This document shows, piece by piece, positions 42,195-52,257 of a stretch of DNA of 64,000 bases; position 1 is the stretch's first letter, and each line of letters opens with the position of its first letter. Below the pieces are notes generated by a model, which worked only from the letters and a program-made list of their open reading frames with translations, made no database searches and was not told where the DNA came from. The DNA is from Acholeplasmataceae bacterium (GTDB taxonomy: Bacteria; Bacillota_I; Bacilli_A; Acholeplasmatales; Acholeplasmataceae), in NCBI GenBank assembly GCA_963675245.1, contig OY775910.1, positions 768,001 to 832,000 of the forward strand, written 5' to 3'. Both the position numbers and the translations under genes were made by a program.

Positions 42195-43124
42195 TTATTT
42201 GTGAGAAAGATACTTTAATATATAATCATCAAAGTCTTCGATGTTAAAATCTCTAAATAAATAACTTTGATAGCGTTTGGTTTTAGATAAATCATTTTCA
42301 AATTGTAAAACATTATATAACCCAGAAAGCATGCTTGAAATCTGTTTGGGTTCATTTAAACGCTGATATGCCAACGCAGCAAACAAATAAAAATCTTCTA
42401 ATAAGTAGTGATATTTCAACTCTTTGCACGCTTGAATACCTTTAGATGCGAATTGTAGCATTGAGGAAGGATCACCATAACGTTTATGATAATCTGCTAG
42501 GCGATACAAGCATAACAACATGATTTTTTGATTATTTCCACTAATGATTGTGCTTTTATGATTCAAAGCATCAGATAGTACTTTTACAATTTTATCTTTT
42601 TCTTTGCATTCATCATAAACAAGTAGTGAAGAAAGAATGATAATTTCTGTTGATGAGAAGGCGTGGTGTTTTAGTATATTTGGGTAATTAAGTAAAGATT
42701 TAAGTTTTTCAATTAGCGTGATTTGCGCCATTTGATTTGAATTATAAGAAAATAGTGCTGTCGCGTATTCATATATTAAAAGATGATTGGGTTCTGTGAT
42801 TGTTTCAGGATTAAATTGTTTTTTTAAAGAAGTTACTTTTTCGACATTGTGATTAATAACTGCATTATGATAATCGTTCGCTAATTTTGATTCTCTAAAC
42901 GTATTCCCTCTAAATTCGAAAACTAAGTATTCAATATTTAAACCTAATCGTTCAGCAAATTGATCAAACACGTAAGGAGCAACATCAGATTCACCACGCA
43001 AATATCGTCTATATTGGCGCATTGAAACAATACCATTTGTAAAATCTTCTTGTGTCATATTCTTTTTGGTACGTAATGCATCTAGATAATTTGCAAGAGA
43101 TTGAGAAAAATTTAGATTTGCCAT
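42195..43124 (-). CDS. XRE-HTH regulator with helical C-terminal domain (Rgg/PlcR-like)
   Basis: LRTKKNMTQEDFTNGIVSMRQYRRYLRG, followed by ~240 aa of TPR-like helices. Confidence 0.8.
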   Translation of the reverse strand: MANLNFSQSLANYLDALRTKKNMTQEDFTNGIVSMRQYRRYLRGESDVAPYVFDQFAERLGLNIEYLVFEFRGNTFRESKLANDYHNAVINHNVEKVTSLKKQFNPETITEPNHLLIYEYATALFSYNSNQMAQITLIEKLKSLLNYPNILKHHAFSSTEIIILSSLLVYDECKEKDKIVKVLSDALNHKSTIISGNNQKIMLLCLYRLADYHKRYGDPSSMLQFASKGIQACKELKYHYLLEDFYLFAALAYQRLNEPKQISSMLSGLYNVLQFENDLSKTKRYQSYLFRDFNIEDFDDYILKYLSHK

Positions 43125-43200
43125 AGTGCCTCCAAAATAAAAAATACTTCAATAATAATGAATAGTGATATATTATAGATATATGTGAAAGGGGTATTTC

Positions 43201-43353
43201 ATGTTTATACATTTAAAAAATATGCTTGGTTTATCTTTGAGTAAACCAGATTACAAGTCAGATAATGAGCGTGATGATCAACAACCAGAAATATCTGAAC
43301 TTTCTGCATTAAATGACATTGATGAAGAAAGAACAGATGTGCTATCAGACTAA
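43201..43353 (+). CDS. 50-aa small peptide, divergent from the regulator (not in ORF track)
   Basis: GAAAGGGG RBS; MFIHLKNMLGLSLSKPDYKSDNERDDQQPEISELSALNDIDEERTDVLSD; terminator follows. Confidence 0.65.
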   Translation: MFIHLKNMLGLSLSKPDYKSDNERDDQQPEISELSALNDIDEERTDVLSD

Positions 43354-43369
43354 TTGTAGCATATTTAAG

Positions 43370-43410
43370 TAAAGAAAAGCCTTGATTTATTCAAGGCTTT
43401 CTTTCTTATT
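43370..43410. terminator. Bidirectional terminator
   Basis: AAAGCCTTGA-ttta-TTCAAGGCTTT flanked by A and T tracts between convergent genes. Confidence 0.8.
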
Positions 43411-44025
43411 TTATTCAAAATCCAGTTTATAATCAGAGTGATTAATATCGTATTCTGAATTTTTACCCCTAATATCTACATAGAAATTAGCGATAGCAGT
43501 GTTCACATAAGGAATAACGAAAAATATTCCAATACCAAATGTCAACGCTCCAAGGATGTACCAACCAATAAAACTAAAGAGTAAGCAAAATAGACGCCAC
43601 TTATTACCCTTCATGAGCTCTTGGCTCTTGTCTAATGCTTCAGTCGCCGTTAAGTCAGGATCTTCAGCGATGATATATTCCGTCATACTAAAAGCAAAAG
43701 CCTTAACAATACCGGGAATAATAAATAACAATGACCACAAGAAGATAAAAACAGCTTTTAAGATATAAGCAATAATCGCTGTTCCCAAACTGTTTTTAAA
43801 TCCATGAAATAATGTTTCCATGTTATCTGCATTATCAGAATCTTCAATATTGTTAATCAAATACATACTATAGCCTACCATCAACGGCCCTGTAATAATA
43901 ATCCCTACAAACATTGGAACACCTGCAGCACTCACTGCATAAACAATTAATGAAACAACAAAAACCATCCAATAATTCTTTTTTAATTGCTGCCAAGCAA
44001 GTCTTCTTATTTCGCCAGCTCTCAT
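43411..44025 (-). CDS. DUF975 family membrane protein
   Basis: LWSLLFIIPGIVK, ALDKSQELMKGNKWRLF. Confidence 0.88.
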   Translation of the reverse strand: MRAGEIRRLAWQQLKKNYWMVFVVSLIVYAVSAAGVPMFVGIIITGPLMVGYSMYLINNIEDSDNADNMETLFHGFKNSLGTAIIAYILKAVFIFLWSLLFIIPGIVKAFAFSMTEYIIAEDPDLTATEALDKSQELMKGNKWRLFCLLFSFIGWYILGALTFGIGIFFVIPYVNTAIANFYVDIRGKNSEYDINHSDYKLDFE

Positions 44026-44147
44026 AAATACACTCCCTTTCATTGGTATTATTATAACATTTATAAGGAGGTATTACATAAGTTTTACCAAACAAACGCA
44101 GTTTTGTTATGCTATAATAGTAGTAAATATTTCAAAGGAGTTAAATC

Positions 44148-45839
44148 ATGACATTTAGCGAATATCCATATCAAAGACCTGATCTTGAAAAACTCAAAAA
44201 AGATCTTGAAGAAAACATTGCTTTAGTCGGTGAAAACGAAAGTTTAGAAACAGAAATAAAAGCGATTAGACGTATGAATGAAATCGATGATGAAGTCGAT
44301 TCAATGTTTACCCTTGTTTCAATTAGAAACAGCTTAAACACAAAAGATGAATTTTATGAAAAAGAACAAGCATTCATTGATGAAAACGGACCCGTCTTAA
44401 GACAGTATAGTCACGCATTAATCCAAAAGATGCTTAATTCTAAAAATCGTGAAGGTTTAGAAAAAGAATTTGGTTCTTTATTATTTAAGCAAGCAGAAGT
44501 GCAACAAAAAACATTTAAACCTGAAATTATTGCTGACCTACAAAAAGAAAACAAATTATCAACAGAGTATTCTAAATTAACAGCAGGTGCACAAATCGAA
44601 TTTGATGGTGGTACATATAACCTCAGTCAAATGGCACCATTCTTAACGAATAAAGATCGTGATATTCGTCATCGTGCACAATTAGCCGTTTCTGGGTTCT
44701 TTAGTGAAAACGAGAAGGAAATTGATCGCATTTATGACGAAATGGTTAAAGTTAGAACAGAAATTGCACATAAGCTTGGTTATGAAAACTTTGTTCAACT
44801 GGGATATGACAGATTAGGTAGAACGGATTATGATTATAAAGATGTTAAAACATATCGTGATCAAATCTATAAAGATATCGTGCCTCTAGTGACTGACTTA
44901 ATAGCACGTAAAGCAAAACGACTCGGTATTGAAAACCCTAAATCATATGACCTAGCTTTATCTTTCTTATCAGGCAATCCAACACCTAAAGGTGGTCGTG
45001 AATGGATGGTCGAAAGAGCAACCAAGATGTATCATGAAATGTCAAAAGAAACAGGTGAGTTCTTTGATTTTATGGTAGAACATGAATTGTTAGAATTAGA
45101 TTCTAAGCCAGGTAAATCTGGTGGTGGATACTGTACATATATTCCAAAGTATCGTTCACCATTTATTTTCGCAAACTTTAATGGTACATCACATGACGCA
45201 GATGTTTTAACACATGAAGCAGGACATGCATTCCAAGTGTATTCAAGTCGTGATTTAGAGCCAGCCTATCGTTGGCCAACCATGGAAGCAGCAGAAATTC
45301 ATTCCATGAGTATGGAATTTCTTGCATGGCCATGGATTGATTCATTCTTTATAGAAGATACCGCTAAATACAAATTCAATCATTTAGCTGGTTCAGTTTC
45401 ATTCTTGCCATATGGTGTATTAGTAGATGAATATCAACATGAGGTTTATCTACATCCAGACATGTCACCAGATGAAAGAAAAAGAACCTGGAGAAGACTT
45501 GAAAAGAAATATCGTCCATCTCTAGATTATGGTGATGATGATTTCATGGAAAAAGGTACATATTGGTTCCGTCAAGGTCATATCTTTGGTGCACCATTCT
45601 ATTATATCGACTATACGTTGGCACAAGTATGCGCATTCCAATTCTGGGTAGCAAGCCAAGAAGATCACGCAAAAGCTTTTGAAAACTATTTAGCATTATG
45701 TAAGTTAGGTGGTTCAAAGAGTTTCTTAGGATTAGTCGAGGCAGCTAAACTTAAAAACCCATTTGTTGATGGCACAGTTGAAAAGATTGTTAAGCCTATC
45801 AGAGCATATCTCGATGGTGTAGATGATACAAAATTATAA
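44148..45839 (+). CDS. M3 family oligoendopeptidase
   Basis: HEAGH zinc motif, EIHSMSME, PFYYIDY. Confidence 0.93.
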   Translation: MTFSEYPYQRPDLEKLKKDLEENIALVGENESLETEIKAIRRMNEIDDEVDSMFTLVSIRNSLNTKDEFYEKEQAFIDENGPVLRQYSHALIQKMLNSKNREGLEKEFGSLLFKQAEVQQKTFKPEIIADLQKENKLSTEYSKLTAGAQIEFDGGTYNLSQMAPFLTNKDRDIRHRAQLAVSGFFSENEKEIDRIYDEMVKVRTEIAHKLGYENFVQLGYDRLGRTDYDYKDVKTYRDQIYKDIVPLVTDLIARKAKRLGIENPKSYDLALSFLSGNPTPKGGREWMVERATKMYHEMSKETGEFFDFMVEHELLELDSKPGKSGGGYCTYIPKYRSPFIFANFNGTSHDADVLTHEAGHAFQVYSSRDLEPAYRWPTMEAAEIHSMSMEFLAWPWIDSFFIEDTAKYKFNHLAGSVSFLPYGVLVDEYQHEVYLHPDMSPDERKRTWRRLEKKYRPSLDYGDDDFMEKGTYWFRQGHIFGAPFYYIDYTLAQVCAFQFWVASQEDHAKAFENYLALCKLGGSKSFLGLVEAAKLKNPFVDGTVEKIVKPIRAYLDGVDDTKL

Positions 45840-45909
45840 TGATAACTAGATAAAGATATAAACATCGCGATATAGTATATATGGCGATGTTTTTGATTCA
45901 AACAATAAT

Positions 45910-45926
45910 AGCAACCATCCGTTGCT
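45910..45926. promoter_or_regulatory. Palindromic operator candidate
   Basis: AGCAAC-catcc-GTTGCT upstream of an XRE gene. Confidence 0.5.
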
Positions 45927-45975
45927 TGCTATTATATAGGTTTCATTTTACACTGGAGATATAAGGAGGTAGAAC

Positions 45976-46539
45976 ATGCTTAATTTGGGAATCATCGGTC
46001 AAAGAATTGCAACTCATAGAAGAGCACATGATATGAATCAAAATGATTTGGCTGAAGCACTTTTTGTTACAAGACAAGCTGTAAGCAAGTGGGAAATTGG
46101 GAAAGGCCTACCCAGTATTGAAATTTTGTTAGCGCTGACGAAATTATTCAATATCTCAATCGACAGTTTATTAGAGGCTTCGGATATAAACCAATATGAT
46201 TATAAAGATATGCTAGCTACATATCCAAGAGAATCTGTTGTTTATAAGTTTTTAGAATCTGATACGCCAGATCTACATGTGAAGGATATATTTTACCTCT
46301 TAACACCAACTGAGAGAATGCAAATGATTAATCAATCACTTAGCAATCGAATTAATCTATCGATTAAAACCATTTGGCCATATGCAAGTATAAGTGAAAG
46401 AAAATATATCTTGGGAAACATATTGTCTAAAGGATCAGTTGAAAGAGTTGAAGAGTTTTACCCAATGTTGACCGATGAAGAACGGGTGATGGTCTCTAAG
46501 ACACATCACATGCACACAGTTGTTTATCATCATAAATAA
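45976..46539 (+). CDS. XRE family transcriptional regulator
   Basis: QNDLAEALFVTRQAVSKWE. Confidence 0.9.
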   Translation: MLNLGIIGQRIATHRRAHDMNQNDLAEALFVTRQAVSKWEIGKGLPSIEILLALTKLFNISIDSLLEASDINQYDYKDMLATYPRESVVYKFLESDTPDLHVKDIFYLLTPTERMQMINQSLSNRINLSIKTIWPYASISERKYILGNILSKGSVERVEEFYPMLTDEERVMVSKTHHMHTVVYHHK

Positions 46540-46558
46540 TCGTAAAGGAGAAAAGAAA

Positions 46559-46933
46559 ATGAAATATACACATTTATTACCATTTATGGATAACGAAGAA
46601 TTAAAAGAAGTCGCTTTACAAGTGTTAAACGGAGAATTACAAGGCGTTAAATTAAATCGGTTTTTCCCATTTCTAAACAAAGAAGATTTAAATGAGATTG
46701 TTGATAAAATCATCGAAACAAAAAACACGAAATTGCTAAATCATGCGATTCCCTTCATGTCAAAACAAAAAATTGGAGAAATCTATGAAAAAGCAGAACG
46801 TGGAGACATTCCTGATTTCAACGCCGAAAAGTGTATTCCTTTCTTAGGTTCAGAAAAGATCAAAGAAATTTTTAAATCATTGATTAAAAAAGCATCTGAA
46901 GAACCTGATGAAGATGAAGAAAAAGAAGAATAA
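46559..46933 (+). CDS. Hypothetical helical-repeat protein
   Basis: AAGGAG RBS; four hxPF(L/M) repeats. Confidence 0.8.
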   Translation: MKYTHLLPFMDNEELKEVALQVLNGELQGVKLNRFFPFLNKEDLNEIVDKIIETKNTKLLNHAIPFMSKQKIGEIYEKAERGDIPDFNAEKCIPFLGSEKIKEIFKSLIKKASEEPDEDEEKEE

Positions 46934-46953
46934 AATTGTATAAAAAAAATCCC

Positions 46954-47832
46954 TTATTCAGAAGTAAGGGATTTTTTGTTATTGTTTAAACAGTTATAAA
47001 TCATTTCTGCAACCATCATGCCATCATAAACAGCTTTTGCTATTTGTAATTTTCCACCTATGATATCACCTGCTGCGAAGAGTCCTGGAATATTTGTTTC
47101 GTAGTTCTCGTCAACGACAATGTTTTGTTTATCCATGACGATGCCTAATGTTTGGGCAAACTCTAAAGCGCTAGGTGTGCCGATGGCAACAAATGCGCCA
47201 TCAAAAGGATAGACATTTTTTGTGGTGTGAATCTCTTGAAGCTTTTGTTTGCCAACAAAAGATTTAATCGGTTCAGTCACAACCGGATAACCTGTTTCTT
47301 CATTAAAAGGTTTACCATTCGTGAAAATGGTAATATCATCTGTGACACGTTTTAAGTGAGATAATTCTTGTAACATATACTTACCAGTTCCAATAATAGC
47401 AAGCTTCTTTTTACGATAGAAGAAGCCGTCACATGTCGCACACAAGCTGATACCTTTACCAATAAACTTTTTAAAACCAGGTTTATTTAAAGCTAATCGC
47501 CTTTTACCAGTTGCCAGTAATACTGCTTTTGTTTGATATTCATGATGCTCTGTTTTCACTATGAATCCAGATTCGATTTCTGATAAACCAATCACTGGTT
47601 CATTAGCAAGTTCAATACCTTGTCTTTTAGCTTGTTTTAAACCATTTTCTATAAGATCTTTCCCATTGATTGTTTCAGAGAATCCGTAATAGTTATCAAT
47701 ATCTTCTCTACCAGAAGAAAAAGATCCATGGTCTTTACCAATAACAAAAGGATCTATACCAGCGTGCTTTAGATAAAGAGCTGCTGAAATACCTGCAGGG
47801 CCATACCCTATAATAATGACTTGTTTCATCAT
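46954..47832 (-). CDS. Thioredoxin reductase-like flavoprotein
   Basis: IIGYGPAG, CATCDG, FAAGD. Confidence 0.9.
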   Translation of the reverse strand: MMKQVIIIGYGPAGISAALYLKHAGIDPFVIGKDHGSFSSGREDIDNYYGFSETINGKDLIENGLKQAKRQGIELANEPVIGLSEIESGFIVKTEHHEYQTKAVLLATGKRRLALNKPGFKKFIGKGISLCATCDGFFYRKKKLAIIGTGKYMLQELSHLKRVTDDITIFTNGKPFNEETGYPVVTEPIKSFVGKQKLQEIHTTKNVYPFDGAFVAIGTPSALEFAQTLGIVMDKQNIVVDENYETNIPGLFAAGDIIGGKLQIAKAVYDGMMVAEMIYNCLNNNKKSLTSE

Positions 47833-48140
47833 AAACCAAGACGTTTTTTGAGCTCGTCTTTTGATTTAATCCCAACAAATGTATCGACAATTTCACCATT
47901 TTTGAAAATGATGGTTGTTGGGATACTTAGGATTTCATATTGATCTGCAATGTCAGATGCATTATCTACTTCGAGTTTAGCAATGATTGCTTCACCATTT
48001 AATTCTTCATCCAAAGCTTTGAGTATTGGTGTATATCTTAAGCATGGAGAACACCATTCTGCCCAGAAATCGACTAAGACTGGTTTGTCGCTTTCTTTAA
48101 TCGTTTTGTCAAATGTTTCATTCGTTAATTCTATAACCAT
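47829..48140 (-). CDS. trxA: Thioredoxin
   Basis: DFWAEWCSPC, SIPT. Confidence 0.93.
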   Translation of the reverse strand: MVIELTNETFDKTIKESDKPVLVDFWAEWCSPCLRYTPILKALDEELNGEAIIAKLEVDNASDIADQYEILSIPTTIIFKNGEIVDTFVGIKSKDELKKRLGL

Positions 48141-48285
48141 GTTAGCACCTCTCTTATGTTCATATATATTATAAGGAAAAGTAGTCGAAAATGAAAGTCA
48201 AACACGTTATTAAGTCACTAAAATTAATTATGAATAACGCTTTATTGATTGATAGATACATGATATAATACTTTCGTGAACGTAG

Positions 48286-49101
48286 GTGATGACACAGATG
48301 ATTAAAATTAGCGATTTATGCTTTTCATATACAGGTAAAGATGATGCAATTAGTCATGTTGATTTAGCGATAGAGAAAGGATCTTGGGTGTCAATTTTAG
48401 GGCATAACGGGTCTGGTAAATCCACACTTGCTAAGTTAATGGTAGGCTTGCTTTCTCCTGCCTCAGGAACGATAGAAATTGATGGTATCCTTTTGACAGA
48501 AGAAAACTTATTAGAAATTAGAAAACGTATTGGTATTGTCTTTCAAAATCCAGATAACCAATTTGTCGGTGTCACAGTTAAACATGACATCGCTTTTGGT
48601 TTAGAAAATCAACAGTTACCTTATGAAGAGATGGTAAAAAAAATTCATTTGTACGCGACATTGGTTGGTATGGAAGAATTTTTAGATAAAGAACCACACA
48701 AACTTTCGGGTGGACAAAAACAAAGAGTTGCGATTGCTGGTGCACTAGCAATGGAACAAGATATTCTTATCTTGGATGAAGCAACCTCCATGCTAGATCC
48801 TGAAGGTACAGAAGAAATTATTACATTAATTAAAAAACTTAATAGAGAATATCATAAAACAATTATCACGATTACACACGATTTGGAATTTGCAAGTGAA
48901 GCAGATCACCTCGTCGTGTTAAAAGGTGGTAAGAAAATTCTAGAAGGAACGCCAGATGTTGTCTTCCGTGAAGAAGAACTTTTAGAGAGTTCGCATTTAG
49001 AATTACCTTTCGCATTAAAGTTATTTAATCAATTGGAAAAAGATGATACGATCAATAAAGACATAGCGGAGGCTGTATGGGCATTCAGTTCAAACAAGTA
49101 G
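48286..49101 (+). CDS. ecfA1: ECF transporter ATPase A1
   Basis: GHNGSGKS, FQNPDNQF, LSGGQ. Confidence 0.94.
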   Translation: MMTQMIKISDLCFSYTGKDDAISHVDLAIEKGSWVSILGHNGSGKSTLAKLMVGLLSPASGTIEIDGILLTEENLLEIRKRIGIVFQNPDNQFVGVTVKHDIAFGLENQQLPYEEMVKKIHLYATLVGMEEFLDKEPHKLSGGQKQRVAIAGALAMEQDILILDEATSMLDPEGTEEIITLIKKLNREYHKTIITITHDLEFASEADHLVVLKGGKKILEGTPDVVFREEELLESSHLELPFALKLFNQLEKDDTINKDIAEAVWAFSSNK

Positions 49102-49922
49102 GTTTCTCCTACCGCGGCCTTAAGAAAAGTTATGTCGCGTTAAAAGATATTAATATAAACATTGAAGAAGATGGTGAGTTTGTTGCGATTGTAGGTCATA
49201 CCGGATCCGGCAAATCGACACTTGTGCAACACATGAATGCATTGTTGCTTCCGACATCAGGAGAACTTAATGTGTTTGGTCAAAAACTACCACCTAATAA
49301 AAAAGAAAAGATTAACCACTTAAGAAAAAAGGTTGGTCTTGTTTTTCAATTTCCCGAATATCAATTATTTGAGGAAACGATCATTAAAGATATCATGTTT
49401 GGTCCTAAAAACTTTAAAATCAGTGATGAGGAAGCTAGGGCACATTCAGAGTACGCTGCCAAAATAGTGGGCATTCCAGAATCTTTATATGAGAAATCAC
49501 CATTTAGAATAAGTGGTGGACAAATGCGTCGTGTCGCGGTTGCCGGTATATTAGCGATGCAACCCAAAGTACTCGTATTAGATGAACCGACTAGAGGTTT
49601 GGATCCTAAAGGTCGTAAAGATTTAATGCAAGTCTTTATTGATCTTCATAAAACAGAAAACAAGAGTATCGTCTTAATTTCTCATGATATGGATATTGTT
49701 TCAAAATATGCAAAACGCGTGATTGTATTAGAGAAGGGTGAAGTTATTTTTGATGGCAAAAAAGAAGATTTATTTGTTCATCCTAACTTTGATTCATTCC
49801 ATCTGGAACTTCCTACGTCACTTAGAATTTTAAAACATCTTGAAAAGACTTTAGGTATACCATATGAACCCAAATATGATTATGAGAGTTTACTTGCTTA
49901 CCTCAAGGAGGTGAAGCGATGA
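49077..49922 (+). CDS. ecfA2: ECF transporter ATPase A2
   Basis: GHTGSGKS, FQFPEYQLF. Confidence 0.94.
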   Translation: MGIQFKQVGFSYRGLKKSYVALKDININIEEDGEFVAIVGHTGSGKSTLVQHMNALLLPTSGELNVFGQKLPPNKKEKINHLRKKVGLVFQFPEYQLFEETIIKDIMFGPKNFKISDEEARAHSEYAAKIVGIPESLYEKSPFRISGGQMRRVAVAGILAMQPKVLVLDEPTRGLDPKGRKDLMQVFIDLHKTENKSIVLISHDMDIVSKYAKRVIVLEKGEVIFDGKKEDLFVHPNFDSFHLELPTSLRILKHLEKTLGIPYEPKYDYESLLAYLKEVKR

Positions 49923-50902
49923 ATATCACCATTGGTCAATATATTCCTGGGAACTCATGGCTTCATCGATTAGACCCAAGATTCAAAGTGTTAAGTTTAC
50001 TTGTATTAATTGTCGCAACCTTTGTGATTCCTATCTCATCAGAGATCACGCCACTCATTATGATGGGGTCTTTATTTGTGGGTGCTATTCTTTTAACGGT
50101 ATCTTCTAGAATTCCGATTGGAAAAGTCATGCAAGGGTTAAGAGGTATTGTCTTCTTATTAACATTTACGTTTGTCCTTCAATTATTTTATATCCAAGAA
50201 GGACCATCTTTAACAGCAGAACCAATAACGATGTATATATCATTATCGAGTATCGCTGCAATCATCGTATTCATCTTTTTTTACAATTGGTCAAAGAAAT
50301 ATGTCAAATTCAGAACATTGTATTTCTTTATAGCTGTCGTTGCATTCTTTGCACTTCAAGCTGTATTACCTTATGTAAATTTCACATCTTATGAATTAAA
50401 CATCACTGAAGGTGGTCTGCTAAGAGCGGCATTCATCTTTGTTCGTTTAATCACGATTATTGTCATTACGTCACTATTAACATTTACAACGATGACAACC
50501 GATTTGAACTTTGCTATTGAATCACTTTTAAAACCTTTAAAAGTCATTAAATTCCCTGTTGATATGATCGCGATGTTATTATCTTTAACATTAAGATATA
50601 TTCCAACATTATTATCAGAAACAGAAAAAATTATGAAAGCACAAGCTTCTCGTGGTGTTGATTTTAAAGAATCAAAACTGAGAGAAAAAATTGTGCAAGT
50701 CATATCATTGTTATTACCTGTGTTTGTTATTTCTTTTAATCGCGCAGAAGATTTAGCAAACGCGATGGATGTTAGAGGATATGTGATTGGTGCACCGCGT
50801 ACAAAGATTGATCAATATCGCATTGGTTTCAAAGATATCTTTACACTGATCATGTCACTGATTATTTTAGCGGCTATCATATATGTGAAGGTGGTTATAT
50901 GA
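49919..50902 (+). CDS. ecfT: ECF transporter T component
   Basis: LDPR, AQASRG, AMDVRGY. Confidence 0.93.
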   Translation: MNITIGQYIPGNSWLHRLDPRFKVLSLLVLIVATFVIPISSEITPLIMMGSLFVGAILLTVSSRIPIGKVMQGLRGIVFLLTFTFVLQLFYIQEGPSLTAEPITMYISLSSIAAIIVFIFFYNWSKKYVKFRTLYFFIAVVAFFALQAVLPYVNFTSYELNITEGGLLRAAFIFVRLITIIVITSLLTFTTMTTDLNFAIESLLKPLKVIKFPVDMIAMLLSLTLRYIPTLLSETEKIMKAQASRGVDFKESKLREKIVQVISLLLPVFVISFNRAEDLANAMDVRGYVIGAPRTKIDQYRIGFKDIFTLIMSLIILAAIIYVKVVI

Positions 50903-51618
50903 GGTATTTAGCCACTGTAAGTTATGACGGGACACAATATGCAGGTTTTCAGAAACAAGAGAATGCGCTAGGTATACAGACGGTTATAGAGCGTGCTTTC
51001 CGTTTGATGACACAAACAGAAATAGCGATTCATGCTTCTGGCAGAACTGATAAGGGTGTTCATGCCCTTGCACAACGATTTCACTTTGATAGCAACTTAA
51101 ATTTAGATGATGAAACATGGCTACGTGTTAATGATCGTTTACCAATTGATATTCGTGTATTAAAAGTTAAACGTGTTGATGATGATTTTCATGCAAGACA
51201 TAGTGCAAAATCTAAGAAATACAAATATGTGATTGCTAAAACACCTAGTACAGTGTTTAAAGCGAACTATGAAGTATATATTAAAGATTTTAATATTGAG
51301 CCGGTGAAAAAAGCATTACTTTTGTTAGAAGGTACCCATAATTTCAAAGGGTTTTGTCAATATGTAGAAGGTAAAAACCCTATACGTACGATTTACTCAG
51401 CAAACGTGAAAGAAACTAAAACACATTATATATTTACGTTCCATGCCAATGCATTTTTGAAATATATGGTTCGTTCTATCATGGGAACACTTATTGAAAT
51501 AGGGACAGGCAAACTTGATGCAACAATCATCACTAAAATTTTAGAAACAAAAAACCGAAAATTAGCTGGTAAAACAGCTGAATCTAGAGGCTTGTATTTA
51601 GAACATGTTTACTATTAA
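50899..51618 (+). CDS. truA: tRNA pseudouridine(38-40) synthase
   Basis: YDGT, GRTDKGVHA. Confidence 0.96.
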   Translation: MRYLATVSYDGTQYAGFQKQENALGIQTVIERAFRLMTQTEIAIHASGRTDKGVHALAQRFHFDSNLNLDDETWLRVNDRLPIDIRVLKVKRVDDDFHARHSAKSKKYKYVIAKTPSTVFKANYEVYIKDFNIEPVKKALLLLEGTHNFKGFCQYVEGKNPIRTIYSANVKETKTHYIFTFHANAFLKYMVRSIMGTLIEIGTGKLDATIITKILETKNRKLAGKTAESRGLYLEHVYY

Positions 51619-51654
51619 AATGTTATAATATATGAAAAGAGAGGAGTTGAGGAT

Positions 51655-52257
51655 ATGTTCATCTCATTTGAAGGTGGAGACGGTACTGGCAAAACGACAC
51701 TGATTAAACGTCTTTATGATGCACTAAAGAAAGAGTATAACGTTATTGTTACAAGAGAACCAGGTGGATCACCCATAGCTGAAATTATTCGTGATGTTGT
51801 CCTCAATCCAACATATAAAGGTATTACCGCACGAACTGAAGCGCTATTGATTGCTGCTTCACGTGCACAGCATTTAGATGATACAATTTTACCTGCATTA
51901 AACGAAAACAAAATCGTTTTATGCGATCGTTATATTGATAGTTCACTAGCATATCAAGCAGTGGCAAGAGATTTAGGATTTGATTATGTCTTAGCTATTA
52001 ATCAATATGCGACTGAACATATGCCAGATTTAACATTTTATATTGACTTAGAGCCGGAAGTCGGTATTTCAAGAGTGGTTAATCGGAAGAAATATGATCG
52101 CCTTGATCAAGAAACGATTAAATATCATCATCTCGTTAGAAAAGGATATTTTGAAGTCGTAAAACATTATGCTAATCGAGTGATGGTCATTGATGGATCA
52201 AACACACTTGATGAAATGTATGAAGAGATATTACAAGTCATTAAACAAAAACTATGA
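51655..52257 (+). CDS. tmk: Thymidylate kinase
   Basis: FEGGDGTGKTT, REPGG, DRYIDSSLAYQ. Confidence 0.96.
   Translation: MFISFEGGDGTGKTTLIKRLYDALKKEYNVIVTREPGGSPIAEIIRDVVLNPTYKGITARTEALLIAASRAQHLDDTILPALNENKIVLCDRYIDSSLAYQAVARDLGFDYVLAINQYATEHMPDLTFYIDLEPEVGISRVVNRKKYDRLDQETIKYHHLVRKGYFEVVKHYANRVMVIDGSNTLDEMYEEILQVIKQKL

Noticed and set aside
43009..43212. 67-aa minus-strand ORF as a frameshifted start of the regulator
   Set aside because: The regulator has its own GGAGG RBS and ATG at 43124; the divergent + strand small ORF is better supported.
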